From: Myxococcota bacterium
GTDB lineage: Bacteria; Myxococcota; Myxococcia; Myxococcales; Myxococcaceae
Assembly (NCBI GenBank): GCA_049322255.1
Contig: JBMORE010000025.1
Coordinates: 1-33,161 of the forward strand
Direction of reading: 5' to 3'
DNA length: 33,161 bases
Made by a program: the position numbers and the translations under genes. The notes under the pieces are model-generated. The model was not told where the DNA came from, made no database searches, and worked only from the letters and a program-made list of their open reading frames with translations. Shown in pieces: positions 25,735-33,161 of the stretch (positions are counted from its first letter, which is position 1; each line of letters opens with the position of its first letter).

Positions 25735-26652
25735 TCATTCCGACTGTTCCCTACCGTAGGAGGTCCCCCCCGAGCGCTCTTGGAGCAGCCCCCAGCGCAG
25801 GCCGCGGTCGCTCACCAGGCACCCCGACGCTCCCAAGGCTCGCAACGCGGCCTGCAAGATGAGCGCTCCGCAGGGGATGACGTCGGCGCGCTTGGGCTGA
25901 AGCCCTGGCAGTTTCTTTCGCGCTTCGAGTGACTGGCTCCACAGCCGGTCGGCGAGCAGACCGACGTCGGCGAGGCTCAACGTCGCCCCGTGGACACGAG
26001 CGGCGTCATACGGCTCCACCGCGTGAAGAATGGAGTACAGCGTCGTCACCGTGCCCGCGACGCCCACCGCGCGGTGATGGGCAGGAGGCGGCGGCAGCGC
26101 GGAGAAAGTGTCGGCCAGGAGTCGCTCCACGCGTGGACGGTCGGTGCCGAAGCGCTCGGTGAGGCGCACCGAGCCCACGTCGAAGCTGTGGCGAAAGGTG
26201 ACCTCGCCGCCGTCGCCATAGATGAATTCGGTCGAGCCGCCGCCGATGTCGATGACCACCAGCGGCTCTTGGCCGCCGAAGTCGGCATGTGTCGCCGCGT
26301 AGGAGAGCTGCGCCTCGCGCTCGCCGGAGATGATTTCCACCTCGACGTTGGCCCGTTGACGGGCAGCTTCGAGGAACACGCCACCGTTGGTCGCGTCGCG
26401 CGCCGCGCTGGTGGCACAGACGGCGAGGTCCTTCGCTCCCAGCGCCCGCGCCTCCTCGGCGAAGGTTTGCACCACACGCAGGGTGTCTTCGATTGCCTCC
26501 GGGGCGAGCGTGTGGGTCTTGTCCACCCCGCGGCCCAAGCGGGTGATTTCCGCGCGCTCCACCACGGGCACAAACCGCCCCGCTGCATCCTTTTCGGCGA
26601 CCAGCAGGAGCACCGAGTTGGTGCCGATGTCGATGGCGGCGTACCGCAGCAT
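25735..26652 (-). CDS. Ppx/GppA family phosphatase (short form, no HD domain)
   Basis: AAIDIGTNS, ITRLGRGVD, ATSAARDA, ISGEREA, DIGGGSTE, GSVRLTERF, RADVI, GLRWG; ATG at 26652. Confidence 0.94.
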   Translation of the reverse strand: MLRYAAIDIGTNSVLLLVAEKDAAGRFVPVVERAEITRLGRGVDKTHTLAPEAIEDTLRVVQTFAEEARALGAKDLAVCATSAARDATNGGVFLEAARQRANVEVEIISGEREAQLSYAATHADFGGQEPLVVIDIGGGSTEFIYGDGGEVTFRHSFDVGSVRLTERFGTDRPRVERLLADTFSALPPPPAHHRAVGVAGTVTTLYSILHAVEPYDAARVHGATLSLADVGLLADRLWSQSLEARKKLPGLQPKRADVIPCGALILQAALRALGASGCLVSDRGLRWGLLQERSGGTSYGREQSE

Positions 26653-26688
26653 GGGCCGCCACCTTAGCCCACCGCGACATCGCAAGGC

Positions 26689-27189
26689 TTAGAGCTCGCG
26701 CTCGAAGTCGAGGTGGGTCTCCTCGAAGCCGACCGCCCGGCAGAAGGCGTGCGCGTCGTCGCGGCGTAGGTGGGAGCGCAGGTGCAGGCGGGTGCAGCCG
26801 CTCCGTCGGGCCACCGCTTCGATTTCGGCCAAGAGAGCGCGCGCCACCCCGCGGTGACGGAACCTCCGGTCCACCACCAGTGAGGTGAGGTGCCCGTGTC
26901 GCGCGCCGGCGTGGAAGAGGTAGCCCACCTCGAGCACGCCCAGGCCGGCGAGGAAGCATTCTTTGGTAGGCAGCGACAGCTCGGCCACGAGCACGTGGTG
27001 GTCCTCCCGCTCCGCGAGCGCCTCCAGCCGCGCCTCGACTTGCTCCGGCGCGCAGGGGTACCCGAGCTGATCGAGCAACTCTGCGAGCGCTGCCTTGTCG
27101 GTGACCTCGGCAAACCGAACGTGCAGGCGCTCGCCACGTCTGCGCACCCGATCCTTCGGCGGTTCAATGGACTTGGAAGTGTCGCTCAC
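26689..27189 (-). CDS. GNAT family N-acetyltransferase
   Basis: LLDQLGYP, LTSLVVDRRFRHRGVARALL (acetyl-CoA motif A), AHAFCRAVGF. Start uncertain; GTG at 27189 chosen because the longer ORF overlaps the divergent fabH-like gene. Confidence 0.85.
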   Translation of the reverse strand: MSDTSKSIEPPKDRVRRRGERLHVRFAEVTDKAALAELLDQLGYPCAPEQVEARLEALAEREDHHVLVAELSLPTKECFLAGLGVLEVGYLFHAGARHGHLTSLVVDRRFRHRGVARALLAEIEAVARRSGCTRLHLRSHLRRDDAHAFCRAVGFEETHLDFEREL

Positions 27190-27259
27190 GCCACGGGCCA
27201 ATGCAGCCCGCGTACCGGCGGTGCCCCTGGGGAATTCCCGGGACGACGCGGCCTTCCAA

Positions 27260-27284
27260 CCGCGAAAGAGAATTTCTTTTGCGG
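27260..27284. promoter_or_regulatory. Imperfect inverted repeat between divergent GNAT and fabH-like genes
   Basis: CCGCGAAAGA-GAATT-TCTTTTGCGG (9 of 10 matches) with an AT-rich centre, just upstream of a weak TTGCCT-N18-TAAAGG. Confidence 0.45.
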
Positions 27285-27346
27285 CCTGTTTGCCTCTGCG
27301 CCCAGGCGGCGGGTAAAGGAGCGCGCCAAAGAAGGCGAGGGAAGGG

Positions 27347-28411
27347 ATGAGCATCCGCACCAAGGTCCTGGGAACCGGCTTCGTGGTCGGCGAGCACTGC
27401 GTGAAGAACGAGGACATCGCCCGCATCTGCGACACCTCGGACGAGTGGATTCGGGAGCGCACCGGCATCGAGCAGCGCTACTACGTGGAGGAAGGCACCG
27501 CGACCAGCGACCTGGGCGTGGGAGCGGCGAAAAAGGCGCTGGAGGACGCTCAGCTATCCGCCGAAGAGGTGGACTACGTCGTCTTCGCCACCATGACCCC
27601 CGACTACTACTTCCCGGGGTGCGGCAGCATCTTGCAGGCGAAGCTGGGGCTGTCGAACGTGCCGGCGCTGGACATTCGCCAGCAGTGCAGCGGCTTCATC
27701 TACGGCCTTCAAGTCTGTGACGCGCTCATCAAGAGCGGCGCGGCCAAGAAGCTGCTCTTCGTCGGCGCCGAGGTGCACACCGGCTTCATGCCGTGGACCC
27801 GGCAGGCGATTGAGGTCGTTCTCGGGCGGTCGACCGCCCCCATTTCCGAGGAAGAGCGGGCCTTCAACACCCAGTTCCGCGACCGCACCACCCTCTTTGG
27901 AGACGCCGCCGGGGCGCTCGTCCTCGGGCCGTCCGAGGAGGGCAGGGGGATGCTCGGCTTTGCGTTGCACTCCGATGGCAGCAAAGTGGAGAGCCTGTAC
28001 GTCCCCAGCGCCGGCTTCGCCTACCGCCCGTACGTCAGCGAAGCCCATCTGAGGGAGGCGCGCTACGTGCCGGTGATGGACGGCCGCACGGTGTTCAAGA
28101 TGGCGGTGACCAAGATGCCCGAGGCGGTGCACGAGGTGTGCGCCAAGGCCCAAGTGAAGGTGAGCGACATCGACCTGCTCATCGCCCATCAAGCGAACCT
28201 GCGAATCAACGAGGCGGTGCAAAAGTCGCTCGGACTGCCCGATGAGCGCGTGTACAACAACATCCACCGTTACGGGAACACCACCGCCGCCACCATTCCC
28301 ATCGCCTACGACGAGTGTCGTAAGTCAGGGAGAATCCAGCCCGGCACCTTGGTGTGCTTCGTCGGCCTGGGGGCCGGCTTCCACTGGGGCGCGGCGCTGA
28401 TGCGCGAGTGA
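27347..28411 (+). CDS. fabH: Beta-ketoacyl-ACP synthase III (FabH-like)
   Basis: DTSDEWIRERTGI, catalytic triad QQCSGFIYG / AHQANLRI / YGNT, LFGD, GLGAGFHWG; RBS GAGGGAAGGG. Confidence 0.92.
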   Translation: MSIRTKVLGTGFVVGEHCVKNEDIARICDTSDEWIRERTGIEQRYYVEEGTATSDLGVGAAKKALEDAQLSAEEVDYVVFATMTPDYYFPGCGSILQAKLGLSNVPALDIRQQCSGFIYGLQVCDALIKSGAAKKLLFVGAEVHTGFMPWTRQAIEVVLGRSTAPISEEERAFNTQFRDRTTLFGDAAGALVLGPSEEGRGMLGFALHSDGSKVESLYVPSAGFAYRPYVSEAHLREARYVPVMDGRTVFKMAVTKMPEAVHEVCAKAQVKVSDIDLLIAHQANLRINEAVQKSLGLPDERVYNNIHRYGNTTAATIPIAYDECRKSGRIQPGTLVCFVGLGAGFHWGAALMRE

Positions 28412-28416
28412 CGCTG

Positions 28417-29688
28417 TCAGCGGCCCCAGTCGGGGGTGGTGTAGTGCCCCTTCTCCATCGGCAAGGGCACTTGGTTGTTGCCGTCGAAGGTCATCACGTA
28501 CAGCCGGGAGCCGCCGGAACGGTTGGAGCTGAAAACAATCAGCCGGCCGTTGGGCGAAAACGCTGGCTCTTCGTTGTTGCCCTGGTCTTGGGTGAGGCGG
28601 TGAATCTTCCCCGTCTCCACGTTCACCGTGAAGAGGTCGAAGGCGTTGCGCTCGTCGCGCGCGGTGAAGGCGATGAGGTCGCCCCGCGGAGACCAGCTGG
28701 GGGTCTGGTTGTAGTCGCCCTGGAAGGTGAGGCGCTTGGGTTCTCCCCCTTCGGCGCTCATCACGTAAATCTGCGGCGAGCCGCGGCGGTTGGAGACGAA
28801 GGCCAACCGCGTTCCATCGGGTGACCAACTGGGGCTGGAGTTGATGAAGAAAGGGGTCTTGGTGAGCTGCACGGCTTTCGAGCCGTCGGCGTGGGCCACC
28901 CAGATCTGCGCGCTCTCCCCGTCCGCCAATGAATAGGCGATGCGTTTGCCGTCGGGAGAATATGCCACGCCGGTGGCCATGCGTCCGGTCTGTACCAGAG
29001 GGGTGGGTTTGCCTCCCGGCTGCTGCAGATAGACCTCGGGTTTGCCGCTGCGGAAGGAGGTGAAAGCGATGGCTCCTGCACCGGGCTGGAGCGCCGGCAG
29101 CAGGTTGATGCCGCCGGTGGCCACCGCGCGCGCGTTTCCCCCGTCCCAGTCGGCCACGTACACGTCTTTTCCCGCCGAGGTCTTCTTCACGTAGGTGATG
29201 TGACTTTCGAAGGGGCCGGTCTCGCGGGTGAAGTGTTTGTAGAGGGCGTTGGCGAGTTGGTGCGCGAGCCTGCGCGCGTCGGGAGCGGTGTGGCTGACTT
29301 TGAGCTCCTCCCGCCCGGTGGCCACGGTGAACAGGCGCAAGTCGCCGCGCAGCTGCCCGCCGTCATCGGCAAACTGCGTCTTCACCAAGGACTCCGCCCC
29401 CACGTTCGACCAGTGGGCGAACTGAATGCTGCCGGCGGTGACCCCCTCCTTGGCATCGGAGAGGAAGCTCTTGCGGTCGAGCACTTGGAAAAGCCCGCAC
29501 GCGGTGAGGTCGAAGAGCAAGGTGGTGTCGAATTCTCCCGCCTTCGCCTTGGCGCCATCGTCTTGGGTAAGAGGCTGTGCCACCGCCAAGGGCATGGGGC
29601 GGAAGTTGGCGCCGGAGATTTCAATCACCGGCGCTTGGGCGAAAACGAGCGCGGGCAAAAGTGCCAGCGCGAAGAAGAGCTTCTTCAT
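28417..29688 (-). CDS. tolB: TolB (N-terminal domain plus PD40 beta-propeller); AglW-like
   Basis: Signal peptide MKKLFFALALLPALVFA; repeated SPDG/SPRG/SPNG blades; LTFQGDYN. Confidence 0.94.
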   Translation of the reverse strand: MKKLFFALALLPALVFAQAPVIEISGANFRPMPLAVAQPLTQDDGAKAKAGEFDTTLLFDLTACGLFQVLDRKSFLSDAKEGVTAGSIQFAHWSNVGAESLVKTQFADDGGQLRGDLRLFTVATGREELKVSHTAPDARRLAHQLANALYKHFTRETGPFESHITYVKKTSAGKDVYVADWDGGNARAVATGGINLLPALQPGAGAIAFTSFRSGKPEVYLQQPGGKPTPLVQTGRMATGVAYSPDGKRIAYSLADGESAQIWVAHADGSKAVQLTKTPFFINSSPSWSPDGTRLAFVSNRRGSPQIYVMSAEGGEPKRLTFQGDYNQTPSWSPRGDLIAFTARDERNAFDLFTVNVETGKIHRLTQDQGNNEEPAFSPNGRLIVFSSNRSGGSRLYVMTFDGNNQVPLPMEKGHYTTPDWGR

Positions 29689-30452
29689 GGCTTGAACTCC
29701 AGGATGACGCCGTCGCGGCCCAGCTGAGCGCGCAGGTGCTCGGGCGGCGGTGAGAATGGTGAGGCCTTCTTCACGGCGGAGAGCACCGCGGCGTCGAACA
29801 AGTCGTTGCCGGAGGGCTTGGTCAGCTTGGAGCCGGTGAGCTCGCCGGCACGGCCGATGGTGAGCACCACTTGTGCTCGCAAACGAATGCGTTCGGCCTC
29901 GGAGATGGTGTTCGACACGTCATAGTGCCGGCGCACCTGCACGGAGAGCAGACCGAAGTAGCGCTCGCCCTCCGCGGTGGCCGAGTCACCGTCTGGGTCG
30001 CCGTCCTCCGCACCCTCGAGCTCCTCCACCTTTCCCGCCTTGGCCGCCTTGTCGAAGGCTCCGAAGAGCTGCTTGCGGCGGTCGGCCCCGTCCTTCTCTC
30101 CGGGTTTCTTCTGGGAGTTTTTGTCCGTGGGCTTCACCCCAGGCAGGGGAACTGGCACCGCCTTGTCCGCAGGCAGCGGCACCGCCACCTTCTCGGCGCC
30201 CTCCTCCTTTTTCGGAGGAGGAGGCAGCTCTTCTTTGCGCGGAAGGAGCTTCTGGTCCCGCGGCTTGCCCAGCCGCACCAAGGAGGCCTTGATGGGCTTC
30301 TGATCGAGATCGATCACCTTGGGGCCCATGAAGGCGTTGGCGACGGCGATGAGCCCCACCAACACAGCGTGACCGATGACAGAGCCGACGAGGAACGCCC
30401 CCAGCGGGTCCTTGCGCCGTTGGAACAAGCTGTGCGCCGCGGCTTGGCTCAT
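29685..30452 (-). CDS. tolA: TolA/TonB-family energy transducer
   Basis: N-terminal TM with S-x3-H (SVIGH), Pro/Lys linker, C-terminal SGNDLFDAAVLSAVKKASPFSPPP; between tolR and tolB. Confidence 0.85.
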   Translation of the reverse strand: MSQAAAHSLFQRRKDPLGAFLVGSVIGHAVLVGLIAVANAFMGPKVIDLDQKPIKASLVRLGKPRDQKLLPRKEELPPPPKKEEGAEKVAVPLPADKAVPVPLPGVKPTDKNSQKKPGEKDGADRRKQLFGAFDKAAKAGKVEELEGAEDGDPDGDSATAEGERYFGLLSVQVRRHYDVSNTISEAERIRLRAQVVLTIGRAGELTGSKLTKPSGNDLFDAAVLSAVKKASPFSPPPEHLRAQLGRDGVILEFKP

Positions 30453-30457
30453 GGCGA

Positions 30458-30904
30458 CTACTTCGAGGTGACCTTCTTGTGCTTCGAGCTACCCATGGGG
30501 TCGGTAATCATTCCCACCGAAGGGATGCCGGCACGCTGCGCCGCGGCCATCACCTCGACCACCACTCCGTAGGGCACGGCACGGTCGGCGTGGAGGTAGA
30601 GCTCTTTGTCCGCCTGTGCCTTGGCGTTGGTCTTCAGCTTCTCCTCCAGCTCGGCGAGCAAGACCTCGGCCTCGCCGATGTAGACCTTCTTGTTCACGTC
30701 GATGGAGAGGACGAGCTTCTTCTCCTGCGCCTCCACCGGCGCGGCCTTGGTCTCGGGCAGGTTGACCTTCACCCCTTGCTGGATGAGCGGCGCGGTGACC
30801 ATGAAGATGATGAGCAAGACCAGCATCACGTCCACCATGGGGGTGACGTTGATTTCGCTCATCGTGGTGCGCCCGGGGGCGCCTTTGCCGCCGCTCATTC
30901 CCAC
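30458..30904 (-). CDS. tolR: TolR/ExbD; AglV-like
   Basis: SEINVTPMVDVMLVLLIIFMVTAP, VNLP, ADRAVPYGVVVEVM. Confidence 0.95.
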   Translation of the reverse strand: MGMSGGKGAPGRTTMSEINVTPMVDVMLVLLIIFMVTAPLIQQGVKVNLPETKAAPVEAQEKKLVLSIDVNKKVYIGEAEVLLAELEEKLKTNAKAQADKELYLHADRAVPYGVVVEVMAAAQRAGIPSVGMITDPMGSSKHKKVTSK

Positions 30905-30917
30905 GGCTTTTGAGCCC

Positions 30918-31613
30918 TCACTTGAAGAAGTGGCGCTTCACGATGTTGAGGAAGTCGGAGGAGAAGTTCGACATCTCGGTGTCGAACAGCTTGATGCGCG
31001 AGACGAAGGAGTTGTACGCCACCACCGCGGGAATGGCGGCGAACAGCCCCGCCGCGGTGGCAAACAGCGCGTTGCCGATCGGCGCGGCCACCGTGGAGAG
31101 GGTGGCGTTGCCCTTCTCGGCGATTTCGTTGAATGCGTTCAAGATGCCCATCACCGTGCCGAACAACCCTACGAACGGCGCCGCCGCCCCCACCGTTCCC
31201 AAGAAAGAGACCTTCGCCTCCAGCTCGGACAGCTCGGAGAGCGAAGCGCGGGTGAGCGCCCGCTCCACGTTTTCGATGCCGCCCAGCCGCTCCGACATCG
31301 CGCCTTCGCGCTGCTCTTTTTGCTGGGCGAGCTTGGAAAGCTCCTCGTACCCGGCGCGGAAAACCTTGGAGAGCGGCGAGCCCTCGAGCTTTTGTGCTTC
31401 AGCGTAGATGGCATCCAGCCTCGAGGCCTTCCAGAAGGTGTCGAGAAAGCTCACCGACTGGGAGCGGGCCTTCGACAGCTGCATCGACTTCATGGCGATG
31501 AGCGCCCAGGAGAAGGCCGAGACCCCAGCCAGGAGCGCCAGCACCGCCAGCTCTACCAGTGACCCGTTCTTCACGATGTCGAGGTAGTTCAGCGAAGCGA
31601 GCAAAGGAGTCAT
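30918..31613 (-). CDS. tolQ: TolQ/ExbB/MotA proton channel; AglX-like
   Basis: LGTVGAAAPFVGLFGTVMGI, VAAPIGNALFATAAGLFAAIPAVVAYN. Confidence 0.95.
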   Translation of the reverse strand: MTPLLASLNYLDIVKNGSLVELAVLALLAGVSAFSWALIAMKSMQLSKARSQSVSFLDTFWKASRLDAIYAEAQKLEGSPLSKVFRAGYEELSKLAQQKEQREGAMSERLGGIENVERALTRASLSELSELEAKVSFLGTVGAAAPFVGLFGTVMGILNAFNEIAEKGNATLSTVAAPIGNALFATAAGLFAAIPAVVAYNSFVSRIKLFDTEMSNFSSDFLNIVKRHFFK

Positions 31614-31622
31614 CGGCTCACT

Positions 31623-31651
31623 CGCGTAACACCGCTACAGGGATGGGTCAA
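31623..31651 (-). promoter_or_regulatory. Candidate sigma70-type promoter for tolQRAB
   Basis: Minus strand TTGACC (31651-31646), 17 bp, TACGCG (31628-31623) with a TG extension; 9 nt to the ATG. Confidence 0.45.
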
Positions 31652-31859
31652 ACTCTCGCTGACCAGGGCGCCCAAGTCAGGGCAAGGTGGGCGAGGGTGG
31701 GACAAAGCTCGTGATGACGGTCGGTTGCAGCGTCAGACAAGTGCGAAGGGAGCAAAACCCAAGACAGCGAACGCGACATCGGGTGAATATTCGGGGTGGG
31801 GGTTTGCGTCTGTGGCGTGCAATCACCGGCGAGAAAGCCGGACCAGCGAGGGCCAAGTG

Positions 31860-32885
31860 ATGAGCGCGAAGATTTTGACTGTCGTCCTGGCGATGTTCAG
31901 CCTCACCGGGTGCATCATCGTCTCGGGAGGAGGTGGAAAGCAGCCTCCTCCCCCGCCGTTGCAGCCTGGTAACGTCACCTTCACCTGGTCCTTCGCGGGC
32001 CAGACCTGCAACGACGTGCCGCAGGTTGCCAAAGTACAAGTCGTCATCCCTGGAGAGACGCTGCAAAACAACGGCGTCTACCCCTGCCTGGCCAACAACT
32101 ACCCGGGCATCGTGCTGCACAACTTCGCCGGCAAGACGTATAGCTTCGAAATCAACGCACTGGGTTACGGCGACGAGGTGCTCTACACCCACGCAGGCAC
32201 CTACACCGTCAACGGAGATGTTCGGGTGACGGTGGACCTGACCCCGGTGGGAGGCCCCAACTCCTACGCGTACCTGACGTGGAAGTTTCCTCCCAACTCC
32301 CTCAGCCAGAATCCGACTTGCCAGCAGGTGGGCGTCGCCTTCGTCGACGTCAACATCGATGGCACCACTACTCGCTACCCTTGTGAGCAGGGCCAGACCA
32401 CCCCGGGTGCGCAGACTCCCTTCATCGCTGCCGGCACCCACTCCGTCGCCTTCGTCGCGGTCGACGCCAACGACTACCCCTACTACCGGTTCTCCGGCTC
32501 GCTGCAGACCTTCGCCGGAAACCCTGTGTCCTCCGACTACCAGCTGGCATGGGGCGTGGGCGGAGTGGCGTTGGGCTGGCAGCTCACCGATGGCTCGTTG
32601 GCTCAAAACTGCGCCTCCGCAGGGGTGACCACCATGAGCATCAACTTCGAGGACGCGCAGGGCAACCTCATCTACGGCCAGAACGGAGACCCGGCGGCCT
32701 GCAACGCAGCTCCCGTCGTGTACAGCTTCCTGCAGCCGGGGACGTACCGGGTGTTCATCAAAGGCACCGGCCCGGGCAACGTCCTCTATCTTTCCAACGG
32801 CACCAACCCGCCGGTGGTGACAGTGACCGCGGGCCAGTTCCCCACCGCGCAGCAGGCGATCAGCGTACAGCTCTATCGCCAGTAG
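31860..32885 (+). CDS. Lipoprotein with three tandem ~98-aa beta-sandwich-like repeats
   Basis: MSAKILTVVLAMFSLTGC lipobox; poly-Pro linker; conserved Trp at 31986, 32280 and 32577, each followed by two Cys. Confidence 0.87.
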   Translation: MSAKILTVVLAMFSLTGCIIVSGGGGKQPPPPPLQPGNVTFTWSFAGQTCNDVPQVAKVQVVIPGETLQNNGVYPCLANNYPGIVLHNFAGKTYSFEINALGYGDEVLYTHAGTYTVNGDVRVTVDLTPVGGPNSYAYLTWKFPPNSLSQNPTCQQVGVAFVDVNIDGTTTRYPCEQGQTTPGAQTPFIAAGTHSVAFVAVDANDYPYYRFSGSLQTFAGNPVSSDYQLAWGVGGVALGWQLTDGSLAQNCASAGVTTMSINFEDAQGNLIYGQNGDPAACNAAPVVYSFLQPGTYRVFIKGTGPGNVLYLSNGTNPPVVTVTAGQFPTAQQAISVQLYRQ

Positions 32886-32910
32886 CCGCGCTTGGGGTAG
32901 AGAACGCGGA

Positions 32911-33161
32911 ATGAAGACGCTTCGATGGGTGCTCTTAGGCTTCGCGCTTGGACTTGTCGTCTCCCTTGCTCCTTCGTGTGGTGGAGCGAAGACTGCTTGC
33001 AGCCCGAACAACTGTCAGACGGGCTGCTGTGACGATTCCGGACGCTGTCAACTGGGGACACTCAACAACGCTTGTGGCACCCGCGGTGAGACGTGCTCGT
33101 CCTGCCTGGCCACTCAAGCGTGTCAGCTTGGATTGTGTATCTCGGTCGGCTCCGGTGGTGG
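32911..33161 (+). CDS. Cys-rich lipoprotein, 3'-truncated (not in ORF track)
   Basis: Hand translation from ATG 32911: MKTLRWVLLGFALGLVVSLAPSC-GGAKTACSPNNCQTGCCDDSGRCQLGTLNNACGTRGETCSSCLATQACQLGLCISVGSGG.., no stop before the window end. Confidence 0.85.
   Translation, partial: MKTLRWVLLGFALGLVVSLAPSCGGAKTACSPNNCQTGCCDDSGRCQLGTLNNACGTRGETCSSCLATQACQLGLCISVGSGG

Noticed and set aside
27190..27468. Long N-terminal extension of the GNAT ORF
   Set aside because: Overlaps the fabH-like start and its promoter region, with no domain-like content.
31725..31859. Upstream start of the repeat lipoprotein
   Set aside because: It would bury the lipoprotein signal peptide that begins at ATG 31860.
32886..33161. 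Possible ncRNA or riboswitch in the apparently ORF-free tail
   Set aside because: Explained by the truncated Cys-rich lipoprotein CDS starting at 32911.

Overview
GC-rich window from a myxobacterium (Myxococcota). Gene content and order closely match the 3' half of the Myxococcus xanthus type IVa pilus locus and its downstream neighbours. The + strand carries pilD (5'-truncated), a pilS2/pilR2-like two-component pair, a 66-aa XRE-HTH gene, pilMNOPQ, a lipoprotein, mglC, efp, accB, accC, then a tightly coupled run of sgmX-like TPR protein, ExeA-type ATPase, TamB/AsmA-like protein, Omp85 protein and acyltransferase. These are followed by ppx/gppA and a GNAT gene (- strand), a fabH-like gene (+), tolB-tolA-tolR-tolQ (-, no pal), a three-repeat lipoprotein and a Cys-rich lipoprotein that runs off the window end and is absent from the ORF track. 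I found no rRNA, tRNA, CRISPR array or transposase. The most notable signals beyond the gene calls are: (i) three copies of a BoxC/PIT-like triplex/G4-type repeat, two supplying the ribosome-binding sites of pilS2 and pilR2 and one read in frame inside pilQ; (ii) an AT-rich array of three perfect palindromes plus a sigma70-type promoter ahead of the small HTH gene that leads pilMNOPQ; (iii) an apparent operon linking a polarity scaffold and a stand-alone ExeA ATPase to a TamB/Omp85/acyltransferase envelope module. All family calls come from motif recognition and recalled synteny; no searches were run.
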